64,000 nucleotides of DNA from a virus: positions 49,068 through 113,067 of IMG/VR virus record IMGVR_UViG_3300032289_002472; one strand, 5' to 3'. Below are positions 18,386 through 27,828 of this stretch, piece by piece. The translations under genes were made by a program, and so were the position numbers. The notes beneath the pieces were generated by a model. It was not told where the DNA came from and did not search any database. It saw nothing but the letters and a program-made list of their open reading frames with translations. The first letter of the stretch is position 1, and every line of letters begins with the position of its first letter.

Positions 18386-18845
18386 TTTCGTTGTTTGTCG
18401 TAATTGGCAAGTTCAAAGACTTCAAAACTAAAGCGCTTTCCTTGGTGTATATTTTCCTAGGAAACATATCGCAATGTTTTTTGGGTTTTAGTGTATCAAA
18501 GGTTTCGCCAAGCCTTCTGATATGAGAAGATCGACGCTTTGATTGATTATTAAAATCTCTGGCCTTTTGAATCAAGTGAGGGATTAAAGTATTGTGATCA
18601 GTTTCTGTGTCAATTTGAACAGTGAAAGCTGAAAGCTCATCTGTATTGATGCTTGATAAAGTTTCTTCTGAACCCATCAAAATAGTAACGTTGCGAGTCT
18701 CAGGACGAACCTCAGGTTCTACTTCTTGTTCGTCTGTGTCTGTCAAAAACTCTCTAACGGTTTCAATGATACGTCTTCTTGTTGCTTCGTCGTTTAATTG
18801 TTGTGTTAAGATTTGTTCTAAATCTTCTAGTTTTATTTTATTCAT
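18378..18845 (-). CDS. hypothetical protein
   Basis: 155 aa ORF. Confidence 0.7.
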   Translation of the reverse strand: MNKIKLEDLEQILTQQLNDEATRRRIIETVREFLTDTDEQEVEPEVRPETRNVTILMGSEETLSSINTDELSAFTVQIDTETDHNTLIPHLIQKARDFNNQSKRRSSHIRRLGETFDTLKPKKHCDMFPRKIYTKESALVLKSLNLPITTNNENG

Positions 18846-19042
18846 AATAGTTTATCTTCCCATTCTTGGCATTTATCTCTCAATTGTTTTATATTTTCTT
18901 GAGATGGAATTAGCTCTAGCTCAGTGCAAGCCTCAAATAATTGTGCCTGACCAAAATCTCGACATAAATTTGCAGCCTCTACTGATCGAAATGTTTTTCC
19001 ATTTATCCTGAAACCGTCCCACTCAAGTGCAGGGCTATACAT
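18842..19042 (-). CDS. hypothetical protein
   Basis: 66 aa ORF, coupled start/stop. Confidence 0.6.
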   Translation of the reverse strand: MYSPALEWDGFRINGKTFRSVEAANLCRDFGQAQLFEACTELELIPSQENIKQLRDKCQEWEDKLL

Positions 19043-19836
19043 TAGTATGGAGTATCTTCGTATTCTTCAACGTAAAAAACACGTTTATCTTTTCTGCAGT
19101 CTACGATGATTCTCCAAAGTCCACCACGATATCCAATCTCCCAGTCAACATGGGGGGCTTCTTCACCAACAAACTTTTTAATAAATTTGTCGGCGACTTT
19201 TTTGCAATCGCTTCCATGCACAGAAAACTTTATCTGTGGAGAAGAGTCTTCAGATCTTCTTCCCACCCAAGTTCTTGGGGAGTTTTCTATCCTAGCTTTA
19301 CCAAGCCTAATAACTCCCAGCCTAGTCAATAATTCTATTCCCAGCGTAGTCATGTCATCCTCCCACTGTCTTTCTATCACATCACTATCTACATAATGTG
19401 AATAAAACTCAGAAAAGGATTTTAACTGATGTTCAGAAAGTCCATTTAAAATCGTCTGTAAAGATTCTCCTTCTGCCGTCATTACCCAGGTTGAATATTC
19501 TGGCTCAAGGAGTGGGTGAATTAAAAATTGTTCAGCCCAAATTCTGAATGTCTTGGGTTTAACTAAGTTACCTGAAGAAATGTTATTTTTGACCACATTA
19601 AGCTTTGACCAAACTAAAATAGTCTCAAAGCTTTTGTATGTATCTAAAGGAATTTCTTCTTCAAAAGAAATAGGAGACCCATGTATTTTAGCACTTTTAT
19701 CTAACTCAAACTCTGAGTTGTAAAACACTTGCTTTTCTTCTTCTTGAACAAGTTCATTTTCTGATTCTTCAAAAACCTCTTCTTGATTTTCTTTTTTATC
19801 TAATTCTAGATGTAACTGATCTTTTAAGTTTTTCAT
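19042..19836 (-). CDS. hypothetical protein
   Basis: 264 aa ORF. Confidence 0.7.
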   Translation of the reverse strand: MKNLKDQLHLELDKKENQEEVFEESENELVQEEEKQVFYNSEFELDKSAKIHGSPISFEEEIPLDTYKSFETILVWSKLNVVKNNISSGNLVKPKTFRIWAEQFLIHPLLEPEYSTWVMTAEGESLQTILNGLSEHQLKSFSEFYSHYVDSDVIERQWEDDMTTLGIELLTRLGVIRLGKARIENSPRTWVGRRSEDSSPQIKFSVHGSDCKKVADKFIKKFVGEEAPHVDWEIGYRGGLWRIIVDCRKDKRVFYVEEYEDTPY

Positions 19837-20056
19837 TGTTATTTGATTGTTGTACCTGGATTTCGGGAAAAACCATATACACTCTGGCGGTCCCGCTAAT
19901 ACTTGCTGAAAATGCTGCGCTCGCTTCGCTTCGCTTGAATTTTCACCAAGTATTGGCGGTCCCGCAAGCTTCCGCGCCTGCGCGAAGCAGTTTAAGCCTC
20001 CTAAAATTGGCCTTCAAGTATAAACTTACGGTCTTTCTAAAATAGTTTTAAATCAT

Positions 20057-20677
20057 TCATCCAGAAATACCTACAGGGACAAAAGATTTGATTAACTCAG
20101 TAATTTTATTACAAACCGCAGTTGCCTTCATGCTCGGACTAAGACCCAATGGAAAATCCTTGGAACGATAAAATACGTGTACGTCAACCCCCTTATTGAT
20201 AGGATCAAAGGCCATCTTAAGTATTGTATCGTCCTGCACTAAACGAACAATCGGAATATGTATTGAAAGCTTTGGAGTATCTTCTCTGCGCAAAATACGG
20301 TTAATCCCATTCTGTAGTTCTTGTATATGCAGAATTAAATTTTCCCAATCTTTTTGGCAAAAAGCTTTCCAGCATTTTGCATCCCAGTCCGCAAACCATT
20401 CTTCTTGTTTAGAAACATGTTTGCTGTGAGTAAAGAGCTTTCCAACTATGTGGGTTTCGTTTGCAGTTACATAAGAAATAGATTTTGCTTCTTTTGCTTT
20501 TGGCAAAGATTGATTTTTAGGTGGTCTACCCCGTTTTTTAATGAGAGTTGCTGAAGCCTGTTGAATGACAGCTTTGTTTTTGGGAGGTCTTCCCCTTTTT
20601 CTTTTGACGATCACAGGCTCTTGAATTGCTACAACCTTATTCTTGGGGGGTCTGCCCCTCTTGCGTTTGATTGTCAT
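20057..20677 (-). CDS. AT-hook repeat DNA-binding protein
   Basis: Three KRGRPPKN AT-hook motifs. Confidence 0.75.
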   Translation of the reverse strand: MTIKRKRGRPPKNKVVAIQEPVIVKRKRGRPPKNKAVIQQASATLIKKRGRPPKNQSLPKAKEAKSISYVTANETHIVGKLFTHSKHVSKQEEWFADWDAKCWKAFCQKDWENLILHIQELQNGINRILRREDTPKLSIHIPIVRLVQDDTILKMAFDPINKGVDVHVFYRSKDFPLGLSPSMKATAVCNKITELIKSFVPVGISG

Positions 20678-21374
20678 CGATTTGTGTATTGTTATGTTTT
20701 GCTTCTCTTTGTTCTAAATATTTTGGAAACTCTCCATTAGATATCATGTTCAGTTGAAGAGTTTGCCTTATAGTCTCCAAAAGACTTTCTAGCTTTTTTT
20801 TATTTTTGATACCTAACTTAAGTTTTCCGCTATCTTCCTTAAAAGAAGAGAAAAAGTCAATGGCAACAGCCTGTCCATTTCCAGGAGATGTGTTTACAAA
20901 TTCATGTAAGTTAATGCTTACTAAATATTTAGATTTTTTAGATTCGCTTAATTCATACTCTTGAATTAAAGAATTCAATATTTGAGGAACAAAAAAACTA
21001 GTACAAACAATTTTTGTTTTGTCTTCTACAAGCTGTTTTATTTCTTTTGTTTCTTCTGGAAATTGTTCCTCAATGGCTGTCAAAGTTTGAGACAGTCTTT
21101 CGTCAAAACGTTTTCCTCCTGCTTGTCGTTTAACAGAGTTTACAACATTTTTAACTGTTTCAACAGTATCAGACAGGATGTATGGCTGAGAAAAGTCTGT
21201 TTCATAGTCTTCGTCGTTAAAGCTAAGAATAACTTGGGACACCAAGTATGAATGCAACAAGTCTATTTTATCCATTTTGCGAAATGTATCTGAGTCGCAT
21301 TCAAAGCTAAATACTGCGCTAAAGAGTCCTCCCGATTTGTAGTCGGTGGTAATTACATATTTTTTATTTTTCAT
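20637..21374 (-). CDS. hypothetical protein
   Basis: 245 aa ORF. Confidence 0.7.
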   Translation of the reverse strand: MKNKKYVITTDYKSGGLFSAVFSFECDSDTFRKMDKIDLLHSYLVSQVILSFNDEDYETDFSQPYILSDTVETVKNVVNSVKRQAGGKRFDERLSQTLTAIEEQFPEETKEIKQLVEDKTKIVCTSFFVPQILNSLIQEYELSESKKSKYLVSINLHEFVNTSPGNGQAVAIDFFSSFKEDSGKLKLGIKNKKKLESLLETIRQTLQLNMISNGEFPKYLEQREAKHNNTQIDDNQTQEGQTPQE

Positions 21375-21612
21375 AAGTTAAAGTGGCCAGTAGATAAAAA
21401 GATGTCGCACTTTTTATTTTTAAGTTAAATGCTATAACCTCAACACTCAAGTAAGTTTAAGTGTTAAGATTATAGCAAAGTATAATCAACCCTTTTTGCA
21501 GATTTCTTGTATTCTTAAAAAATTTTCTTGAAACACGATAATTTAATAGCAAGAAAAAAGAGGGGGGAAAGAATAAATCTCTCCCCCCTCCAGCTTCCCC
21601 CACAGGAACTAT

Positions 21613-22647
21613 TTATGCAGTAACTTCCATTTCTTGGCAAATATCAGAAGGACTTGTTTTAGAGATCACTTCTTCTGCCTCGAATGGAGAAGTTTTCCAG
21701 GTTAATGGAAACTTCCAATTATTTGGAAGGTCGACCTGCCCCACAACTACAGGACTGCCGACAACTCCAACTGCAAGAGGTGTGTTTACTTCGTCTACGC
21801 TTGCACATCTTTGTAGCTTTATAGGTCCCTCTGCAACGAGGTCCTGATAAAAATCTATTATTCTGTTTAATTTTGCGCCATGATCAGCAAACCATGGAAA
21901 CTTCAGTTTGCCGGATTCATCACACCACCTAGACTGTGCATGCTCAACAATTTGTTGCCTCAAGCCTTCTTGAATTGCTTCAAGCTGGATCGAGGCTTCG
22001 TGGCCAACCATATACTGTTTGAGCTGCTGTCCGCGAACAACGGCATTCCTCCAAGACTGAGACAGAGAGGGATTGTGTCCCCAGAGATTACTCAGAAAAC
22101 GATTTGTCACCAAAAGGCGAAGTTTTTCTGAGTTCATCTCAAACTCTTCTATTGGATTTGGAGCTCCAATTTCATCTACCACCCATATGTCAAATGGGAT
22201 CGAGACTGCGGCAGGCGTCAAAAGATCAGCAAGCTGGACACATGACTTAAGATTTAGGGAGAGCTTTAGAGTGTCAATGCTGATCGTTTTGAGGTTCTTT
22301 AAGGACAGGTAATAACTGCCCTCGTTGAGCTTGCCGGTTGTCGCTCTTTCCAAGGTTCCTTGAAGCCAATTAATTGGGGCCGCATGGTCAGGGAAGGCAA
22401 CTTTAATTCCATTGGCTCCACCACGATAGTAGAACTTAGAAAGACGAGGAATACCATTTATTATTTTGTAAATACCAAACTGTGTTTTAAGTGTCTTTTG
22501 ATTGTGGACGCCAAATCCAACAAAAATATTTTCTTCATTGTGGATCAACGAAGAAGCATTCTTGTCATCTTTTTTGACATCCAAACTGATCGGAGTTTTG
22601 TTCCTTCTGGAGACGATGGTACGAACGGTTGTGCAGTTGTGTGACAT
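21613..22647 (-). CDS. hypothetical protein
   Basis: ATG at 22647 after ACAC-rich leader; putative promoter upstream and G-rich hairpin downstream. Confidence 0.75.
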   Translation of the reverse strand: MSHNCTTVRTIVSRRNKTPISLDVKKDDKNASSLIHNEENIFVGFGVHNQKTLKTQFGIYKIINGIPRLSKFYYRGGANGIKVAFPDHAAPINWLQGTLERATTGKLNEGSYYLSLKNLKTISIDTLKLSLNLKSCVQLADLLTPAAVSIPFDIWVVDEIGAPNPIEEFEMNSEKLRLLVTNRFLSNLWGHNPSLSQSWRNAVVRGQQLKQYMVGHEASIQLEAIQEGLRQQIVEHAQSRWCDESGKLKFPWFADHGAKLNRIIDFYQDLVAEGPIKLQRCASVDEVNTPLAVGVVGSPVVVGQVDLPNNWKFPLTWKTSPFEAEEVISKTSPSDICQEMEVTA

Positions 22648-22732
22648 GGACTTAGTTTGTTTTATGTGTTTTGTTTTTGGGCTTTGGGGATGATGAAAAA
22701 AAACAAGCACTAGCGAGTAATTTAATCACCAA

Positions 22733-22770
22733 TATATTATGGTTAATTTTTTAGAAAAATTATTGACCCC
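22733..22770 (-). promoter_or_regulatory. putative phage promoter GGGG-N20-TTAACCATAATATA
   Basis: 14-bp exact match and same GGGG spacing at 60492-60530. Confidence 0.55.
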
Positions 22771-22771
22771 A

Positions 22772-22804
22772 TAAAAAAACTGGGGGGCAGTTTTGCCCCC
22801 CAGT
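22772..22804 (-). terminator. intrinsic terminator
   Basis: ACTGGGGGGCA/TGCCCCCCAGT stem plus T-run. Confidence 0.7.
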
Positions 22805-22842
22805 AAAATACTAATAATGAAAAATAAACTTAAACGTATGAA

Positions 22843-23352
22843 CTATAGAATTCCCGACGGGTGAAAAAATAATCTTTTTGAATCAGAGATATTTAAACTT
22901 TTGCAAATTTCTGAAATTTGATTGTGAGCGTGTGAAGGAACATTAGATAAGAATTCAACTTCAAGGATTGCACGAGAGGACTCTTTGGGTTGTCCAATTC
23001 TTGCAAAACAATAAGCACTGTTTGCAGCCTTGATTAATACATAAGTAATGTTGTTGCTAACCTTAGCAATTTGAGCGGTTAATCCATTGCCAGATTTTTT
23101 AAACTCAGAATTTAGTGTGTTGGTAAGCTGAGCCATGTTGTCATTGCTGGACTCAGCAACGTACTCATGTACTTGAGTAGGGACCAACAATGGTTCAGGC
23201 TGCGGATCAATAGCAATTGTTTCCTCTGCGGCTGAAGTAATTTCAGTTGTTTGAGCCTCTGCAACTTCTTCTAAACCTTGTGCGGCAGAACTCAGGGAAA
23301 GTTCTGTTTCAGTTACTTCTACTTCTTTTTCTTTTTTCTTTCTTTTGAGCAT
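22843..23352 (-). CDS. hypothetical protein
   Basis: 169 aa ORF. Confidence 0.65.
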   Translation of the reverse strand: MLKRKKKEKEVEVTETELSLSSAAQGLEEVAEAQTTEITSAAEETIAIDPQPEPLLVPTQVHEYVAESSNDNMAQLTNTLNSEFKKSGNGLTAQIAKVSNNITYVLIKAANSAYCFARIGQPKESSRAILEVEFLSNVPSHAHNQISEICKSLNISDSKRLFFHPSGIL

Positions 23353-23373
23353 AATACTTAAGGTGTGTTGGAT

Positions 23374-23715
23374 TTATTCTAAATCAAGATAAAAAGCGAT
23401 AGCTTCATTTACGATATCTTGAACTGCCTTGACTTTATATTCATAGGTTATGGGTGTCAACCCAGATTTTGTGAATTTAAAGATTTCTACATGAAACTCT
23501 ACTTTTTCGTATCCTTCTTCCTTTAGTAATAGCTCGGCATCTTCGTCGATATCTTCGTCGTCTTCAGATTCATCTGGATCAATCACTCCATTAAATTTAA
23601 TTAAATATTGTGGGGATGAAGTATAGAGAATGTATTCATTTTCTTCTTTGTCTACCCCATAAATAAATTGTGGTATTTTAGAAGAAAAAACAGATGTAAC
23701 GACGGTATTATTCAT
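23374..23715 (-). CDS. hypothetical acidic protein
   Basis: 113 aa ORF. Confidence 0.65.
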   Translation of the reverse strand: MNNTVVTSVFSSKIPQFIYGVDKEENEYILYTSSPQYLIKFNGVIDPDESEDDEDIDEDAELLLKEEGYEKVEFHVEIFKFTKSGLTPITYEYKVKAVQDIVNEAIAFYLDLE

Positions 23716-23716
23716 A

Positions 23717-24205
23717 CTAAAAGTTGTTTCTTCTAATATATTCAGCGATCAACAAAGAGTCAGCATCATTTTTAAACTTATCTTGAAGATGTTTAAATAA
23801 TCTTTGTCCAACGGCCAAAGATGCAGTTTTAGTTTCGGGACCCTTTACGCCATTTGGCAACATAACCTTTTGCCATTCTTTAGAGTCAATAAAACGATAA
23901 GACAATTTTAGATCTTCCATTAGACACTCTTGAGCTTCAAGGACTCTAATGCCGGATGCAGTAGCTTTAAACCTTCCTGGGTTGACCATTGGGCGTTCTA
24001 TTGCAATGCATGGCATATAACCATCAATCCACTCCAAGAAAATGTCTTTGGTCTTCTCCCTGTCCAATCTAGAAATGTACGACACTTTTTTTGTGTAGTT
24101 TAAACACTTCTTGATTGGAGTTATCTTATACTCTGCTGGCTTGTCGGGCCATATGGCGCTTATATTACCAATACCGTTATCCCATCCAATCCATACCTTA
24201 TTCAT
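23717..24205 (-). CDS. RuvC-like Holliday junction resolvase
   Basis: WIGWDNG, IAIERP, SKEWQK, DADSLLIA acidic-residue pattern. Confidence 0.75.
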   Translation of the reverse strand: MNKVWIGWDNGIGNISAIWPDKPAEYKITPIKKCLNYTKKVSYISRLDREKTKDIFLEWIDGYMPCIAIERPMVNPGRFKATASGIRVLEAQECLMEDLKLSYRFIDSKEWQKVMLPNGVKGPETKTASLAVGQRLFKHLQDKFKNDADSLLIAEYIRRNNF

Positions 24206-24209
24206 AAAA

Positions 24210-24788
24210 TTATTCCTTAACGCTATCTATAAAATTTTTAAGATTAGCTACAAAAAACTTTTGATGTACGCCAGGAATAACAATATACGGTAGGCCAAAA
24301 GTTTCACAAGGATTGTTTTCGATAGGGCCTGATACGTAAATGACGTCTAGTAAAGTATTTGTATGAACAAATACTATATTTTTTCTAGTATTAAACCTTC
24401 GATATTGATCATTGCACTCTTCAAGTCTCTGGCTCATTAACTTCTCAAAGTCTCTAAAAGGAGACTTTTTAGAAGGAGCAAGAAACTCTGAAACAGACCC
24501 CACAAAGAACAGCTGGGTAGCTGAAGACTCAAATACCAGTTCTGATATATGAAAGTTTTCAGCTAGTATTTCCCAGACATGTTCATTGTGAGCAATCTGA
24601 TAGTTTAGAGTGTAAAATGGATCATTGCTTTCACGTATTAAGCTCGTTGGTATCTGAAGCTTCAGTTGACTCAATAGCTTCAGAACCACTTTCTGTTTCT
24701 TCGCTATCGGTATCTGTTGTTGATCCTCTGGATGGAGTTGACTCTGTTGAAGGTATAGATCCCTCGGATCCAGTTCTTGCGATTTCAT
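24210..24788 (-). CDS. hypothetical protein
   Basis: 192 aa ORF, overlaps recA 3' end; start uncertain. Confidence 0.55.
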   Translation of the reverse strand: MKSQELDPRDLYLQQSQLHPEDQQQIPIAKKQKVVLKLLSQLKLQIPTSLIRESNDPFYTLNYQIAHNEHVWEILAENFHISELVFESSATQLFFVGSVSEFLAPSKKSPFRDFEKLMSQRLEECNDQYRRFNTRKNIVFVHTNTLLDVIYVSGPIENNPCETFGLPYIVIPGVHQKFFVANLKNFIDSVKE

Positions 24789-25890
24789 ATTTTAATACTT
24801 TGTCTTCCATTACTATTCTAAGTTCTTGTTGGCATATTTCATAATACTCTTTGCTGTGAGCTAATTTATAGACTTCTTCCGCTGTTATAGCTTCAGATTT
24901 GTCGATGCCTAGCTCTTCGCTATAGTAACGCCCACCTTTGGCTTCTTTAATTCCTAGTATCTGTGCTAGTGCCAAAAAATTGGCAGTTGACTCACTAAAA
25001 TTAAGTGTGTCTCCCCATTTAACGCCGAAGTGAAAAACTCTCTTAGGTTCTCCTAATTTGTTCTTTTTGAAGATACCCTTAACTTTGAATCCAGAGATTT
25101 CTCCGCCTTCTTTTGTTGATGCGTGTTTCTTTAGCATTAACCAGTAGGTTGCCGCAAATGGAATGGCTCTTCCTCCAGAACCAATCATTTTGTCGTCATC
25201 TGGGATGAGTGCTTGAAAGCCAGTTTGAATTAAGTCTCTGCCTTGGTTTAAGACGACCCAAAGAGTATTGGTCTCTTTGAGCTTATACTTAATTAAGTTG
25301 GTGGCATCTTTGATTACCTTTGCAGATCCGCCAACTTTGGCTTGAACAAAGTTTTCTTCATCTTTTTGTGCTCTAGCATCAGTTGCTCCGGCAAGACTAT
25401 CTAGAATTAATACCTTTGGAATCTTTCCTTGTGGATCTATTTTTAAGAATAGATTTAACTGATCGATAGTCATTTGAAGCGCTTCTTCAATTGACTCAGC
25501 ATGAAAAATCCTGAACTTTTCAGGGCTCTTGAGATAGTTAAGCATGTGCTTAGTGGAGCTAGCCATTTCGGTTTCAACCATTGCTGCAATTCCACCAGAC
25601 TGCATACACAGATTGGCAATCCATAGGGCAAAGCTGCTTTTGCTTGAGCCCTCAAAACCCATTACTTGCATGATTCTTCCTAGTGCAAATCCCTTGCGAC
25701 CAAGAGTCCATTGAAGCCCTAAGTCTGGTACCTCCAAATATTGAATATTGGCATCTTCTTCAAGGGCAGAGCTTACATGGTCACCGCCATATTTTTCTAA
25801 AATGTTCGATCCAGATTGATAAAAATATTGATCAATAGGATTTAAAAACTCTTCGTTTTCTTCTTTTTTTATTTTTCTTGGTCTTGGCAT
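24631..25890 (-). CDS. recA: RecA/UvsX-like recombinase
   Basis: GRIMQVMGFEGSSKSS Walker A-like, VETE, ILDSLA Walker B, VLNQ, GSGGRAIPF, KKNK. Confidence 0.85.
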   Translation of the reverse strand: MPRPRKIKKEENEEFLNPIDQYFYQSGSNILEKYGGDHVSSALEEDANIQYLEVPDLGLQWTLGRKGFALGRIMQVMGFEGSSKSSFALWIANLCMQSGGIAAMVETEMASSTKHMLNYLKSPEKFRIFHAESIEEALQMTIDQLNLFLKIDPQGKIPKVLILDSLAGATDARAQKDEENFVQAKVGGSAKVIKDATNLIKYKLKETNTLWVVLNQGRDLIQTGFQALIPDDDKMIGSGGRAIPFAATYWLMLKKHASTKEGGEISGFKVKGIFKKNKLGEPKRVFHFGVKWGDTLNFSESTANFLALAQILGIKEAKGGRYYSEELGIDKSEAITAEEVYKLAHSKEYYEICQQELRIVMEDKVLKYEIARTGSEGSIPSTESTPSRGSTTDTDSEETESGSEAIESTEASDTNELNT

Positions 25891-26552
25891 AATTTGTAAT
25901 AAATGTTGCTCTTCCATTCAAGTGCTTCAGAAATTACCGGAAACTCTTTTATGAGTATGTCCTGAATTCTGTTTGCAATTTCACGGTGGTCTGTTTGTGT
26001 GTCTTTAGATGTTCTTAGGTCTATGTAGTGGATCCAACTTCTAATTGTTCCACTCATATACAGCGTTGTAGAGGTAGAGAGAGGCAGGACCATTCTTGCA
26101 CATTCTCTTGCTACGCCCTTTTCTAATAGTTTTTTGTATAAGTTTTGGCAAGCTAATTGAAGTGTTCCAATTTCTTCTCCCATCTCTACGTAATCACCAA
26201 AGTCAATTAAATCTTCTCCAACCTGCCTATTGGTTTTTCCCTGTTTACGTAACTCAAATTTTTCAAATTCTGTAGCCATAGAATATCTTTGACTAAATTC
26301 TTGAAAAGAAAAACTTCGATGCCTTAAAATTTGTGCAGCGATTGCTCTTGAGGTTTTTATCTGAAACGTGGCCGATACCATCTCAAATGGAGACCAATGT
26401 TTGTTTTTTATCAGATATTTTATAAGCCTAGGAGCCGTCTCGGTAGACATTTGATTTTCTGGATTCGAGACTCGTGCACAATAACTTATTAAGTCTTCTG
26501 GTGTACTTATTCCTTCAATAACAGGCTTTGTTATAGATACTAATTTTACCAT
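25869..26552 (-). CDS. thyX: flavin-dependent thymidylate synthase
   Basis: HWSPFE, AQILRHRSFSFQEFSQRY, ARMVLP motifs. Confidence 0.96.
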   Translation of the reverse strand: MVKLVSITKPVIEGISTPEDLISYCARVSNPENQMSTETAPRLIKYLIKNKHWSPFEMVSATFQIKTSRAIAAQILRHRSFSFQEFSQRYSMATEFEKFELRKQGKTNRQVGEDLIDFGDYVEMGEEIGTLQLACQNLYKKLLEKGVARECARMVLPLSTSTTLYMSGTIRSWIHYIDLRTSKDTQTDHREIANRIQDILIKEFPVISEALEWKSNIYYKLCQDQEK

Positions 26553-26590
26553 AAAAAAAGAGAGGGAGGGCGAGAATCGCCCTCCCCCTT
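26553..26590 (-). terminator. terminator-like hairpin
   Basis: GGGAGGGCGA/TCGCCCTCCC stem with T-run. Confidence 0.6.
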
Positions 26591-26601
26591 TGTTGTAGAT
26601 A

Positions 26602-27783
26602 TTAATCCATTAAGTCTTTCATGCTCAATTTTTTAGAGCTATCAGACCCAATTTTTTTACGTTTAGGAACAGTGATTTCTTCCTCATCATCATCATCGTC
26701 CAAAGAGGATTGTGAAGATGGAGGTGGAAGATCGTCTTCTTGCGGTGCAAAACTACGATCCTCTTCTGAAGCAGTGTCCCTAGGGGCACGTTTAATTTTA
26801 GGCGCAGATACAAAAGACTCTTCAGATCCGCCATCATCTTCCTCTTCTTCAGACACTTTTGTGCTGTAGACAGCTGTGGCTTTAGAGAGAACCTTGTCGA
26901 TGTTTGGAACCCTAGAGGCAAAAGCTCTACGAAGCAGCTTGGGAACGTCACCAAAGTAATAGATTAATCTGTCAATGATTTCTCCTTCGGAGACTTCATG
27001 AAATATTTCATCCAAGTTATAGCGAGTTTCCAATACAGCTTTGTTGATTGAAACTGGCTCTTCGTCATCAACAGGAACCATGTTGTAAATTGAGATTCCA
27101 CCAGCTGGATTTGGTGTAAGCTTCAAGCAGCACGGGATCATGCCTCTTGGGTCGGTAACGTCTCCCCAATAATAGCTGTCAGCGCCATCGCCTTCAGACT
27201 TTCTGTTCTTTCTTTGAAGTTCAGATAAAAGCCCCCAAGACTGAGCAGAATCTTTGGAAGCTTTTCCACTCTTTCTGAAGGCAGTACCAGGAATCTGCAA
27301 TATGATTGCTTTATCTGCATCAATTTCTCGATCAAATAAAACTAAGGCATTTACTGCATATCCCGACCACTTTGAGTTGAGCCTAACCTCTGGATTTTTG
27401 TACGCATTCAACATGCGTTTTCCATCTGGAGTATAGCCAGCAATGTGACAAAGATCTGGATCAGACTTTGCAACTTTAATGAGATCATCAACAGGGTCAT
27501 ACGCTTCGGGATCGAAAGTATGAGGACTAATGATGTTTTGTTCTTTGTTCACGAAAGGGTGGAACTTTAGTCCAACCGCCCACTTCGTAAAAAGACTTGG
27601 ATTTTCTTCATCTCTGTATTTAAGGTAGCTAGCCTTGTCTTTTGGGTCAGCTATCGCTGGTAAGATACAGGCTACGATCTCTTTGTCTTTAGATGGATAT
27701 CTAATCCTAACTCCATCACGATAGACTAAATGCTTAGATTTGTATGTTTCGTTTTCTAATGTTTCGTTAATTCCTAGTGCCAT
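26602..27783 (-). CDS. putative single-stranded DNA-binding protein
   Basis: Position in replication module and long acidic C-terminal tail; no diagnostic motif. Confidence 0.45.
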   Translation of the reverse strand: MALGINETLENETYKSKHLVYRDGVRIRYPSKDKEIVACILPAIADPKDKASYLKYRDEENPSLFTKWAVGLKFHPFVNKEQNIISPHTFDPEAYDPVDDLIKVAKSDPDLCHIAGYTPDGKRMLNAYKNPEVRLNSKWSGYAVNALVLFDREIDADKAIILQIPGTAFRKSGKASKDSAQSWGLLSELQRKNRKSEGDGADSYYWGDVTDPRGMIPCCLKLTPNPAGGISIYNMVPVDDEEPVSINKAVLETRYNLDEIFHEVSEGEIIDRLIYYFGDVPKLLRRAFASRVPNIDKVLSKATAVYSTKVSEEEEDDGGSEESFVSAPKIKRAPRDTASEEDRSFAPQEDDLPPPSSQSSLDDDDDEEEITVPKRKKIGSDSSKKLSMKDLMD

Positions 27784-27828
27784 AATTTTGTGTTTTGTTT
27801 TATGTTGTGTTATTTGGGTTTTAATAAG

